A stretch of 64,000 nt of DNA from the NCBI GenBank assembly GCA_965214295.1, contig OZ243944.1:917099-981098 (forward strand), read 5' to 3'. Each line of letters opens with the position of its first letter. Within the stretch, counting starts at the first letter, position 1. Position numbers and translations under genes: made by a program. Below, one piece after another: positions 1-8,208 of the stretch. The notes under the pieces are model-generated. The model saw only the letters and a program-made list of their open reading frames with translations. It did no database searches and was not told the DNA's origin. The stretch is from Chloroflexota bacterium (lineage in GTDB: Bacteria; Chloroflexota; UBA11872; UBA12225; JAJDUF01).

Positions 1-1008
1 AGCTCCTATGTACGAACCGCGCTCTTGGCCGTGGTGGTGCCGGGGTTACTCCTCTTGGGGGGCTGTGCGCCCGACCTGCCCCAAACGACCCTCGTCCCCA
101 ACGGCCCGAATGCCCGGCTGATCAATGATCTATTCGGCCCGATCTTCTGGATGGCTACGGGCGTCTTCGTGGTGGTCGAGGGCCTCCTGATCTTTGCCGT
201 CTTCCGCTACCGCCGGCGGGCCGGCGACGACCGTATGCCGGCGCAGGTGCATGGGAATACGCCCCTGGAAATCGGCTGGACGATTGCCCCGACGATCCTG
301 GTGATCGCCATTGTTGCCATGACCTTCAATACTCAGCGGCAGTTGGACGCGGCCCGCGAGACACCCACCATGACGATTGAGGTGATCGGCCACCAATGGT
401 GGTGGGAGTTCCGCTACCCGGACGAGGGGATCGTGACCGCCAACGAGCTGCACATTCCCGTTGGCGAGGTCGTGGCACTAGATGTCTCGTCGGTGGACGT
501 GATTCACAGTTTCTGGGTGCCCAAGCTGGCGGGTAAGGTGGATGCCGTGCCCGGTCACGTCAACGAGATGTGGCTCCAGGCAGACCAAGCAGGCATCTAT
601 TTCGGTCAGTGCGCCGAGTTGTGTGGTATCCAGCACGCGCTGATGCGCCTCCGGGTCATCGCCCAGTCGCCCGCCGACTACGCGGCCTGGGTCACGCAGC
701 AACAGACCGTACCAGGCGAGCCGGAGACCGAGTTGGAGCAACGCGGCGCGGAGGTGTTTGCCGCCGGGGCGTGCATCGGCTGTCACGTCATCGAGGGCAC
801 GCCGGGGACCGGTGTGACCGGGCCGGACCTCACCCATTTCGGCAGCCGGACAACCCTCGGTGCCGGGATACTCAAGAACACGCCGGGCAACCTCTATAAG
901 TGGCTACGCGATACGCAGAGCGTCAAGAAGGGCGCCCTGATGCCCAACGTGGAAATGAGCGACGAGGATGCTCGCGCGCTCGTCGCCTACCTGCACAGTC
1001 TGAAGTAG
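1..1008 (+). CDS. ctaC: cytochrome c oxidase subunit II, caa3-type (CuA domain plus C-terminal cytochrome c domain); 5' end probably upstream of window
   Basis: ORF 25..1008, frame open back to base 1. CuA pattern HSFWVP...CAELCGIQHALM. Haem-c site CIGCH. Lipobox-like LLLLGGC. First gene of the oxidase cluster. Confidence 0.93.
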   Translation, partial: SSYVRTALLAVVVPGLLLLGGCAPDLPQTTLVPNGPNARLINDLFGPIFWMATGVFVVVEGLLIFAVFRYRRRAGDDRMPAQVHGNTPLEIGWTIAPTILVIAIVAMTFNTQRQLDAARETPTMTIEVIGHQWWWEFRYPDEGIVTANELHIPVGEVVALDVSSVDVIHSFWVPKLAGKVDAVPGHVNEMWLQADQAGIYFGQCAELCGIQHALMRLRVIAQSPADYAAWVTQQQTVPGEPETELEQRGAEVFAAGACIGCHVIEGTPGTGVTGPDLTHFGSRTTLGAGILKNTPGNLYKWLRDTQSVKKGALMPNVEMSDEDARALVAYLHSLK

Positions 1009-1089
1009 TCATATTGCGAAGGCTGCACGATCCGAGCGCAAGCGACGGTGGTGCGGACCCGGCACTGCAGCGATGGTCGGAGGTAGCTG

Positions 1090-3066
1090 ATGGTAACAAC
1101 GACAGCCGCTCCACCAGTCCAGGCACCGGAGCAGGTCGAAGCTGCGCCGGCAGCCATGCCGGGCTGGATGAGTTGGCTTACGACAGTTGACCACAAGCGC
1201 ATCGGCATTCTGTACACCGTCACGGGGGTGCTCTTTTTCCTCGTCGGCGGGATCGAAGCGCTCTTCATGCGGACGCAGCTCGCCCTGCCGGCGAACACGG
1301 TCCTGGATGGTGACTGGTTCAACCAGATCCTCACCATGCATGGCACCACGATGATATTCATGGCGGTCATGCCGATCAACGTCGGGTTGGGCAACTACAT
1401 CATCCCCATCATGCTCGGCGCGCACGACATGGCCTATCCGCGCCTCAATGCCATGAGCTACTGGCTGTTCTTGTTCGGCAGCCTGCTGATGACGGGCAGC
1501 TTCCTCAGCGGTGGCACGCCCGATGCCGGCTGGTTCGGCTACGCCCCGCTGACCGCCTCCCAGTACGCGACGACGCACGGGATTGACTTCTGGGTACTGG
1601 GTCTGCTCATCCTGGGCGTCGGGTCAATGGCCGGTGCCTTCAACTTCATCGTCACCATCGTCAAGCTGCGGGCACCGGGGTTGACGTTCAACCGAATGCC
1701 GATGTTCGTATGGATGACCCTGATTACCTCGTTCCTCGTCATCTTCGCTTTCCCGAGCATCACCGCCGCGCTGATCCTGCTGCTCTTCGACCGCTACATC
1801 GGTACCAGCTTCTACATGGTCGAGCAGGGCGGGGACCCCTTGCTCTGGCAGCACCTCTTCTGGTTCTTCGGGCATCCCGAGGTCTACATCATGATCCTGC
1901 CGCCCATGGGGATGATCTCGGATATTCTGCCCACGTTCTCCCGCAAGCCGCTCTTTGGGTACCCGGTCGTGGTGTACTCCGGCGTGGCTATCGGCTTCCT
2001 GGGCTTCAGCGTATGGGCACACCATATGTTCGCGGTCGGCATGGGGCCAATCGCCAACGCCGCGTTCGCCACCACCAGCATGTTCATCGCCGTGCCTACC
2101 GGGGTGAAAATCTTCAACTGGATTGCCACGCTATGGGGAGGCGCCCTGCGGCTCACCTCCGCCATGCTCTTTGCTATCGGCTTCGTGGCTATGTTCATCA
2201 TCGGTGGCATCAGCGGGATAGCCCTCGCCGCGCCACCGCTGGATTTCCAGGCCACCGACACCTACTTTGTCGTGGCCCACTTCCACTATGTGCTGTTCGG
2301 CGGCAGCATCTTCGGGATTTTCGCGGGCGTCTACTACTGGTATCCCAAGATGTTCGGACGCCTACTCAGCGAGCGGCTCGGCAAGTGGCACTTCTGGATC
2401 ATGATGCTCGGCTTCAACATCACCTTCTTCCCGCAGCACTATCTCGGGCTGGCCGGGATGCCGCGCCGGATCTACACCTATCCGACGGGTATGGGCTTCG
2501 ACGACTGGAACATGGTCTCCACCATCGGCGCCTATCTGCTGGGTGGCTCGTTCCTGTTGTTCATCTGGAACGTGATCGTGACCGCTCGGCAGGGCGAACG
2601 GTCGCCGGCCGATCCGTGGTATGAAGAGGATGATATGAAGGGGGGCTATAGCCTGGAGTGGGCCACGTCATCACCGCCCACGGAGCACAACTTCGTCGTT
2701 GTCCCGACGGTACATAGCCGGCATCCGATGTGGGATCAGCGTAACCTCGTCGCCGTCGTCGCCGGCCGCGGCGGAGATGGCAGCCTAACGGAGGCGAACG
2801 GCGACGGTCAGGGCAACGGACGGGGCAACGGTGAGTCGAGAGCACACGGGGAGATGACCGAGGCGGGCGTCCACGCGGTCGAAGCGCACCATGGCGGCGC
2901 CCACGAGCTTAATCTTCCCGGACCGACCGCTTTCCCGCTCATCCTGGCGTTGGGCATCGCGCTCTTGGGCGCCGGGTTGATCTACCATATTCTGCTCAGT
3001 ATCGTCGGATTGGTGTTCTTTGCAGTTGGTCTGATCGGCTTCATCTGGCGCACGACTCAGGACTAA
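1090..3066 (+). CDS. ctaD: cytochrome c oxidase subunit I
   Basis: 658 aa polytopic protein with WFFGHPEVYI and WAHHMF motifs. Gly/Asn-rich spacer and two extra C-terminal TM helices. Confidence 0.97.
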   Translation: MVTTTAAPPVQAPEQVEAAPAAMPGWMSWLTTVDHKRIGILYTVTGVLFFLVGGIEALFMRTQLALPANTVLDGDWFNQILTMHGTTMIFMAVMPINVGLGNYIIPIMLGAHDMAYPRLNAMSYWLFLFGSLLMTGSFLSGGTPDAGWFGYAPLTASQYATTHGIDFWVLGLLILGVGSMAGAFNFIVTIVKLRAPGLTFNRMPMFVWMTLITSFLVIFAFPSITAALILLLFDRYIGTSFYMVEQGGDPLLWQHLFWFFGHPEVYIMILPPMGMISDILPTFSRKPLFGYPVVVYSGVAIGFLGFSVWAHHMFAVGMGPIANAAFATTSMFIAVPTGVKIFNWIATLWGGALRLTSAMLFAIGFVAMFIIGGISGIALAAPPLDFQATDTYFVVAHFHYVLFGGSIFGIFAGVYYWYPKMFGRLLSERLGKWHFWIMMLGFNITFFPQHYLGLAGMPRRIYTYPTGMGFDDWNMVSTIGAYLLGGSFLLFIWNVIVTARQGERSPADPWYEEDDMKGGYSLEWATSSPPTEHNFVVVPTVHSRHPMWDQRNLVAVVAGRGGDGSLTEANGDGQGNGRGNGESRAHGEMTEAGVHAVEAHHGGAHELNLPGPTAFPLILALGIALLGAGLIYHILLSIVGLVFFAVGLIGFIWRTTQD

Positions 3067-3182
3067 GTGAGCTACAAAATGGCTCCCATCCCCGGCCCGG
3101 CTCCGTCGTGACGGGAGCCGGGGGCCGGGTTCCCTCCTACGGGAGAGGATACGGATGGGAGCCATAACGGGGAGCGAGATAC

Positions 3183-3743
3183 ATGGAAGAGGCGGTTGCA
3201 CGTCTCGATAATCGCAAGCTCGGGGTCTGGGCCTTCATCGGCTCGGAATCGCTGTTTTTCGCCGCCCTGATCGGCATGTACATGGTGTATCGGGGCCGCA
3301 CCGGGCCGCCGGCCCACGAGGCGCTCGACATCAACTTCACGGCCGCCCTGGCTTTCATCCTGCTGATGAGCAGCTTGACCATGGTCCTGGCCTTGAAGGC
3401 GATTCGGGAAGGGAATCAGGGTGGCCTGCGCTTCTGGCTCGCGGCGACGATCTTCCTGGGGATATGCTTCTTAGGCGGGCAGGTCTACGAGTTCTACGAG
3501 CTAGTCCACCATGAGCACGTGACCATCACCAACAGCCTGTTCGGGGCGAGCTTCTTCACCCTCACCGGCTTTCACGGCACCCACGTGGCAGTCGGCGCAA
3601 TCTGGCTCGGCGCGGTGCTGGCCAGAGCCTATAGGGGCGGGTTTACGCCGCAGAACTATATCGCCGTGGAGATTGCCGGTCTCTACTGGCACTTTGTTGA
3701 CCTGGTGTGGGTCGTGATTTTCACCCTGATCTACCTGATCTAG
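3183..3743 (+). CDS. ctaE: cytochrome c oxidase subunit III
   Basis: 186 aa multi-TM protein with GFHGTHV-type motif, directly after ctaD. Confidence 0.9.
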   Translation: MEEAVARLDNRKLGVWAFIGSESLFFAALIGMYMVYRGRTGPPAHEALDINFTAALAFILLMSSLTMVLALKAIREGNQGGLRFWLAATIFLGICFLGGQVYEFYELVHHEHVTITNSLFGASFFTLTGFHGTHVAVGAIWLGAVLARAYRGGFTPQNYIAVEIAGLYWHFVDLVWVVIFTLIYLI

Positions 3744-3765
3744 CGTAGCGAGAGCGGCCCAGTGG

Positions 3766-4152
3766 ATGGGCCCTCCTCGGATAGCACGGTGCGGAGCGAA
3801 GTCCATGAGTGAAGCGTTAGAGGCCAGCAAGGCAGCTACCCCCGGCACGCCTGAGGAAGAGCACGCCGAGCACGAGGCGCATCCCAACTATATTGGGATC
3901 GCGATTGTCCTCGCCATCATCACTGCGGTTGAGGTTGCGGTGCCGCAGTTCCTCGACCTAGAGCGGTCGCTCATGGTGACCTGTCTCTTGATCTTGATGC
4001 TCCTCAAGGGTGCCGGCGTGGCGCTCTATTACATGCATCTGCGGTTCGATAGCCGCATCTTCACCAGCTTGCTCGTCTGGCCGCTGGTTGTCGCCACCGC
4101 GATGCTCATTGTCTTTCTCATCATCTTCCGCCCGGTGCTTATCCCCGGTTGA
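3766..4152 (+). CDS. ctaF: cytochrome c oxidase subunit IV (small prokaryotic CoxIV/CtaF type); alternative start ATG 3805
   Basis: Small hydrophobic protein (HPNYIGIAIVLAIITAVEV...) immediately after ctaE. Position and size fit CtaF. Confidence 0.7.
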   Translation: MGPPRIARCGAKSMSEALEASKAATPGTPEEEHAEHEAHPNYIGIAIVLAIITAVEVAVPQFLDLERSLMVTCLLILMLLKGAGVALYYMHLRFDSRIFTSLLVWPLVVATAMLIVFLIIFRPVLIPG

Positions 4153-4155
4153 GCA

Positions 4156-5037
4156 GTGAATTGGCCAGTTGCCTGGACGCTTGACCCCGGCCTCATCTTG
4201 GGCCTGGTGGTACTGCTGGAGGCCTACATTATCGGGGTCGGGCCGTTGCGCCGCCGCTATCGGCTCGGAGCGCCGACCACCAAGCGGCAGATCACCTGGT
4301 TTGCGCTGGGCTACCTCGCGCTCGTTGTGGCGCTCGTGTCCCCGCTGCACGCGCTCGGCGAGACCTACCTGTTCAGCGCACACATGGTCCAGCACGTACT
4401 GATCACCCTGGTCGCGCCGCCCCTGCTGCTCTTGGGCACCCCTGGCTGGCTCCTGTCACCACTCCTGCGTATCCCGCTGGTCGAGACGCTTGCCCGCAGC
4501 GTGACCGCCCCGGTCTTTGCGTTCCTGGCGTTCAACGGGGCGTTTGCGCTGTGGCACGTGCCCTCGTTCTACGACGCGGCGCTGAACCGGGAGCTGCTGC
4601 ATACGCTGGAGCACGGGAGCTTCTTTGGCGCAGCGATGCTGATGTGGTGGCCGATCCTCAGCCCCATGTCCGAGCTACCGCGGCTGCCGCTGGGTTTCCA
4701 GGCCTTCTACTTGTTCCTGCTCTCCATCCCGCAAAAGATCATCGGGGCGCTCATCACGTTTGCCGGCGAGGTGCTGTACCCCACGTATGAGATCGCGCCG
4801 CGGGTGACAGGGCTATCGGCGCTGGCCGATCAGCAGCTCGGGGGCATCATCATGTGGGTGCCGGGGGGCCTGATTATCTTCGGCGCCTTCACGACGCTGT
4901 TTTTCCTGTGGATGGGGCCGTCCGATCCAGGCCCGACGCTGGTAGTGCGGTCAGCGGCCGATCCGGGGCGGCGGAACGGTCACGCCAAGCCAGACATGCT
5001 CTCCACCCCACCGACCCCGCCATCCTCTCCGGCGTGA
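4156..5037 (+). CDS. ctaG: cytochrome c oxidase assembly factor, caa3 CtaG-type membrane protein
   Basis: 293 aa polytopic protein 4 nt after ctaF. Resembles Bacillus-type CtaG family by overall pattern and context. Confidence 0.78.
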   Translation: MNWPVAWTLDPGLILGLVVLLEAYIIGVGPLRRRYRLGAPTTKRQITWFALGYLALVVALVSPLHALGETYLFSAHMVQHVLITLVAPPLLLLGTPGWLLSPLLRIPLVETLARSVTAPVFAFLAFNGAFALWHVPSFYDAALNRELLHTLEHGSFFGAAMLMWWPILSPMSELPRLPLGFQAFYLFLLSIPQKIIGALITFAGEVLYPTYEIAPRVTGLSALADQQLGGIIMWVPGGLIIFGAFTTLFFLWMGPSDPGPTLVVRSAADPGRRNGHAKPDMLSTPPTPPSSPA

Positions 5038-5269
5038 CGGGCAGCCGATGCAGCCAATCCTCGCACCGCGCCGCTCTGTCCCCGCGTGCGGAGAGCTTTG
5101 CATAAATCGTCATTCCGGCGAAAGCCGGAATCCAAAAACCGGCCCCTCCAGGTTGGCGGGAGCGTGTGTACTACTAACCCATCACTCCATCCAGGGGTTA
5201 TGCAAAGGTCTCCGTGTGCGGGGGAACCGGGGGCGATTTTCACCGTGCCGGCGGTGGGCGTGGGCCACC

Positions 5270-5722
5270 TTACCGGAAGTCCAGGCTCTCCAGCGTCGGC
5301 CGTGGCTCGTCAAAGTCCCGGCCGGCCGCGCGGGCGGCATCCCGCCGTGCCAGCCACTCGTCTACCGCCTGCCCCAGGCGCTCGCCGGCTTCCTGCCGGC
5401 CTTCCTGTCGGGCCCGTTCGAGCCGCTGCACGCGCCAATCTTCCAGCATTCCCGTCAGGCTCATCATGCCTCCTCCTAGCTCGGCTACAAACACGGCGAC
5501 GACAGCGGAGCCGATGCCCCAGGTGGCGAACGAGGGCACCACGTCGAGGGACGGCTCCGGCGGCCACAGCCGCCAAACGCCCAGCCCCATCAGGGCGATA
5601 AAGATGATGCTATAGAGGTTCCGCACGCGGTACGGCACACTCCAGATCGGCACCCGTTCCCTCCGGGCCGGCGCGCACCTAGCAGCCCACCAGCCCCACA
5701 CCTGGCCCAGCATCCGACGCAT
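5270..5722 (-). CDS. hypothetical membrane protein (2 TM plus charged C-terminal tail); start uncertain
   Basis: ORF 5270..5776. Two hydrophobic segments then an Arg/Glu-rich helix. No recognisable family. Confidence 0.4.
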   Translation of the reverse strand: MRRMLGQVWGWWAARCAPARRERVPIWSVPYRVRNLYSIIFIALMGLGVWRLWPPEPSLDVVPSFATWGIGSAVVAVFVAELGGGMMSLTGMLEDWRVQRLERARQEGRQEAGERLGQAVDEWLARRDAARAAGRDFDEPRPTLESLDFR

Positions 5723-6058
5723 CCATCCTCCTTTCGGGCCAGACCACAACCGCCAGACCAAGCCGGATATGCACACTACGCCGCTGCCCTACCCAGCGGT
5801 CAAGCAGAGGCTGGCAACGAGCGTGCCCGCTACCTCCACCGGCAGGACAACGAGCCGCCAGCTGCGGGTATTGATCGCCGGCTGCCGACTTCCTTGGTCG
5901 CTAGATGGCGCCCCTGTGTCTCATACCGTCGCCATTGGAGTATATCCCTCTGGTTGATTATAGCCACTTGCGATAATCGGCGATAACCAACCGTCGTCGC
6001 TACCGTCGGCTATGGTCTTGCCAATGCCCCTGAGGTCTTGGGGAGGTTGGGACAGAGC

Positions 6059-7057
6059 ATGAAAATAGAAATCGGCGAATCCCTGGGCTATTCGTATCTG
6101 CGGCACGTCAAGCAGTGCTGGCTGACGCAAGCCAACTGGAAAGCGTCCGAGCATTGGCCCAGACGCTTGGCCGTCAAGAAACTGGATGCGATATTTGCCG
6201 ATATAAAAGGGAGATTCGACCCGGACGGCAGCGTATTCAAGAAAACTGCCAACGCCGCACAGTTCTTGCGGCAGGCCGAAATTGATGTCGTCGGTGTGGA
6301 CTGGACGGGCGGCGTCCACGCCCTGGACATCGCTTTCCACGAAGCCGGCCTAAATTACGGGGGCGGTACTGACAAGAGAGTGCTCAAGAAACTGCTCCGC
6401 ACCATGCTGATTCTGAACGTCTACCATCCACCGGAAACAAAGCTCCACCTCCACTTCCTTTCGCCGAAAGTGAATCCCGGCGTTCAGAAACCACTGGAAG
6501 CTGTGTTCACCGGGCTGCGGAAGGAATACCCAATAATCGAGTGGAACCTCATAATCAACGACGACTTCTACCGGCAGGTCGTGTGGCCCACGCTGGAGAG
6601 AGCGGATACGGTAGCTGACACGTCCGAGTTGTTCGTGCGCTCCGCCAAGCTGTTGCACTTGGCCGAGGCTACCGGCCCGGCCCACGCTGGAAAAAGCCGG
6701 CGCGTTGCGGACGATGCCGGGTGGTTTGGGTACAGAGAAACGGCCACGGCGTCAAGCAGCCCGACACGCCGCAAGGTTCAGCCGCTTGTGCAACGCCTGA
6801 TGAAAACGTTGTTGGAGGACTACCCCACACTCCTTGACGACACCGACATTCGCAATCTGCTGAATCGGGACTACTGCAAAACCAACCTGGGTCTACAAAT
6901 CGGCAATCATGCGCTTTTACGCAGAGTCGAGGACGGCAGGATGATTAACGGACGCAGCAGGTATTGGGCGAAACTATACGCAGGTAGATTCTATGTCTGC
7001 TCCCAATGGGGAAAGCTGATCATATTGACAACGCCAGGAGCCTGCTACGGTTCGTAG
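6059..7057 (+). CDS. uncharacterised protein, N-terminal half with nuclease-like acidic motifs, basic/aromatic C-terminal module
   Basis: ORF 6038..7057. ATG 6059 is preceded by GGGAGG. Lower GC than flanks. Motifs IGES, EIDVVGVD, ALDIAFHEAG, KRVLKK. C-terminal RYWAKLYAGRFYVCSQW. Confidence 0.6.
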   Translation: MKIEIGESLGYSYLRHVKQCWLTQANWKASEHWPRRLAVKKLDAIFADIKGRFDPDGSVFKKTANAAQFLRQAEIDVVGVDWTGGVHALDIAFHEAGLNYGGGTDKRVLKKLLRTMLILNVYHPPETKLHLHFLSPKVNPGVQKPLEAVFTGLRKEYPIIEWNLIINDDFYRQVVWPTLERADTVADTSELFVRSAKLLHLAEATGPAHAGKSRRVADDAGWFGYRETATASSSPTRRKVQPLVQRLMKTLLEDYPTLLDDTDIRNLLNRDYCKTNLGLQIGNHALLRRVEDGRMINGRSRYWAKLYAGRFYVCSQWGKLIILTTPGACYGS

Positions 7058-7219
7058 AAGGACTCATCGAAAAGATGCCGGCCCATCCCGGCATACCGGC
7101 GTTGAAACGGCACCGGCAGACCCTCCGCGATTACATCGGATAGCCGTTACCTCCCACCGCTTGCCGGAGGCATTCCTTGTGTAGGCAGGGAGCCGTAATG
7201 GGTAGCCCAGCGCCAAGGA

Positions 7220-7684
7220 TCAGCGGCTAACCGTCTCCAGCTCTGTGGTGGTTAGAAGCTCTTCCGGCAGCGTGCGGCTGGCGTCGGAGACTTCGATAGC
7301 CATGAGCCGGTCGTCTGCATCGAAGTGCAGGTGGAGCGGGCGAACACGACCGTCGAACCCCACTGGGTTGCAGAGTTGGGTATGTGCGATGAAGGGCTTG
7401 CCGGTCGTAGCGAGCTGGGGCTGGAGATAGATTGTGGCCGTATCTGCTTCAGGATCGTAGTGTGCTTGCACAGCCCCTCCGTCGTCCATCAGCAACTCCT
7501 CTGAGAGGAGCCGCCGTGCCTCAAGGGCCTCAATACCAACCAAGCGGCCGGTCTTGTCGAAATCGAGATGAATATAGGCCCCGGTCTTGGTCTCATCAAC
7601 GGGACAGGTCAGCACCGCCGGGCGCCACTCACGACTAATGTAGATATATGCAGCGTCTAACGCTGGGTCATAGGTGACTTTCAT
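7220..7684 (-). CDS. DUF2283-family protein with two tandem DUF2283 repeats (putative antitoxin)
   Basis: MKVTYDPALDAAYIYI and AHYDPEADTATIYL repeat the YDxxxDxxYI signature. ATGA overlap with the upstream DUF4258 gene. Confidence 0.8.
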   Translation of the reverse strand: MKVTYDPALDAAYIYISREWRPAVLTCPVDETKTGAYIHLDFDKTGRLVGIEALEARRLLSEELLMDDGGAVQAHYDPEADTATIYLQPQLATTGKPFIAHTQLCNPVGFDGRVRPLHLHFDADDRLMAIEVSDASRTLPEELLTTTELETVSR

Positions 7685-8010
7685 GGAATCACTTCCCAGT
7701 TACTTCGCACGTATCCCAGCCGAGAGAGCAAGATTGTCACGATTCGACGTTCTTGCTCTATCACTAACACTTTCGTCACCGGGTCGTAATAGCCCGTCTG
7801 TGTGAAACCCTTGTAGGTGCGGGTGAGTCCGAGGCCACTGCTGATAGCACGTTGGACCTGTACGAGTGTGGTGCCTCGTTGCACCATCCGTCTGATGGCA
7901 TGATCCCGCAACTCAAGTGCCTGACCATTGCGGTTGACCACTGGCCGCCGAGCGACATCCAGCCTCAGTGCTTCGAGCAGATCATCCGCATCAACAGGAT
8001 GCGCCATCAC
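7681..8010 (-). CDS. DUF4258-family protein (putative toxin)
   Basis: 109 aa. HAIRRMVQRGTTLVQVQRAI matches the DUF4258 signature. Stop overlaps the DUF2283 start. Confidence 0.8.
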   Translation of the reverse strand: MMAHPVDADDLLEALRLDVARRPVVNRNGQALELRDHAIRRMVQRGTTLVQVQRAISSGLGLTRTYKGFTQTGYYDPVTKVLVIEQERRIVTILLSRLGYVRSNWEVIP

Positions 8011-8208
8011 CGGCTCCTCCGTTGATGCCCGTCAGTACCTACTCACTGTTATAGTACGCTGCATCATCTAGGCGAGCAACACCCTTCCGGTACCACAGCC
8101 GAACCGAATCTCCGGTACGCAGTGAGACTGCTCCCGTGTACGCCCGTTCAGTCGCACGGAACAGGAGTGTTAGCTTCTGCGACTACCGGAGGCCACCCGG
8201 TCGGTCCG

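Noticed and set aside
2740-3066. C-terminal extension of CtaD (Gly/Asn-rich spacer plus two extra TM helices) as a possible novel fusion
   Set aside because: From memory, 14-TM subunit I proteins with two additional C-terminal helices are normal in Bacillus-type caa3 oxidases. A separate subunit III gene follows. Only the low-complexity spacer is unusual.
5921-6340. 139-aa minus-strand ORF at the edge of the low-GC islet
   Set aside because: It overlaps the better-supported plus-strand gene 6059..7057 (which has an RBS and a longer, more balanced composition) and has no family signature.
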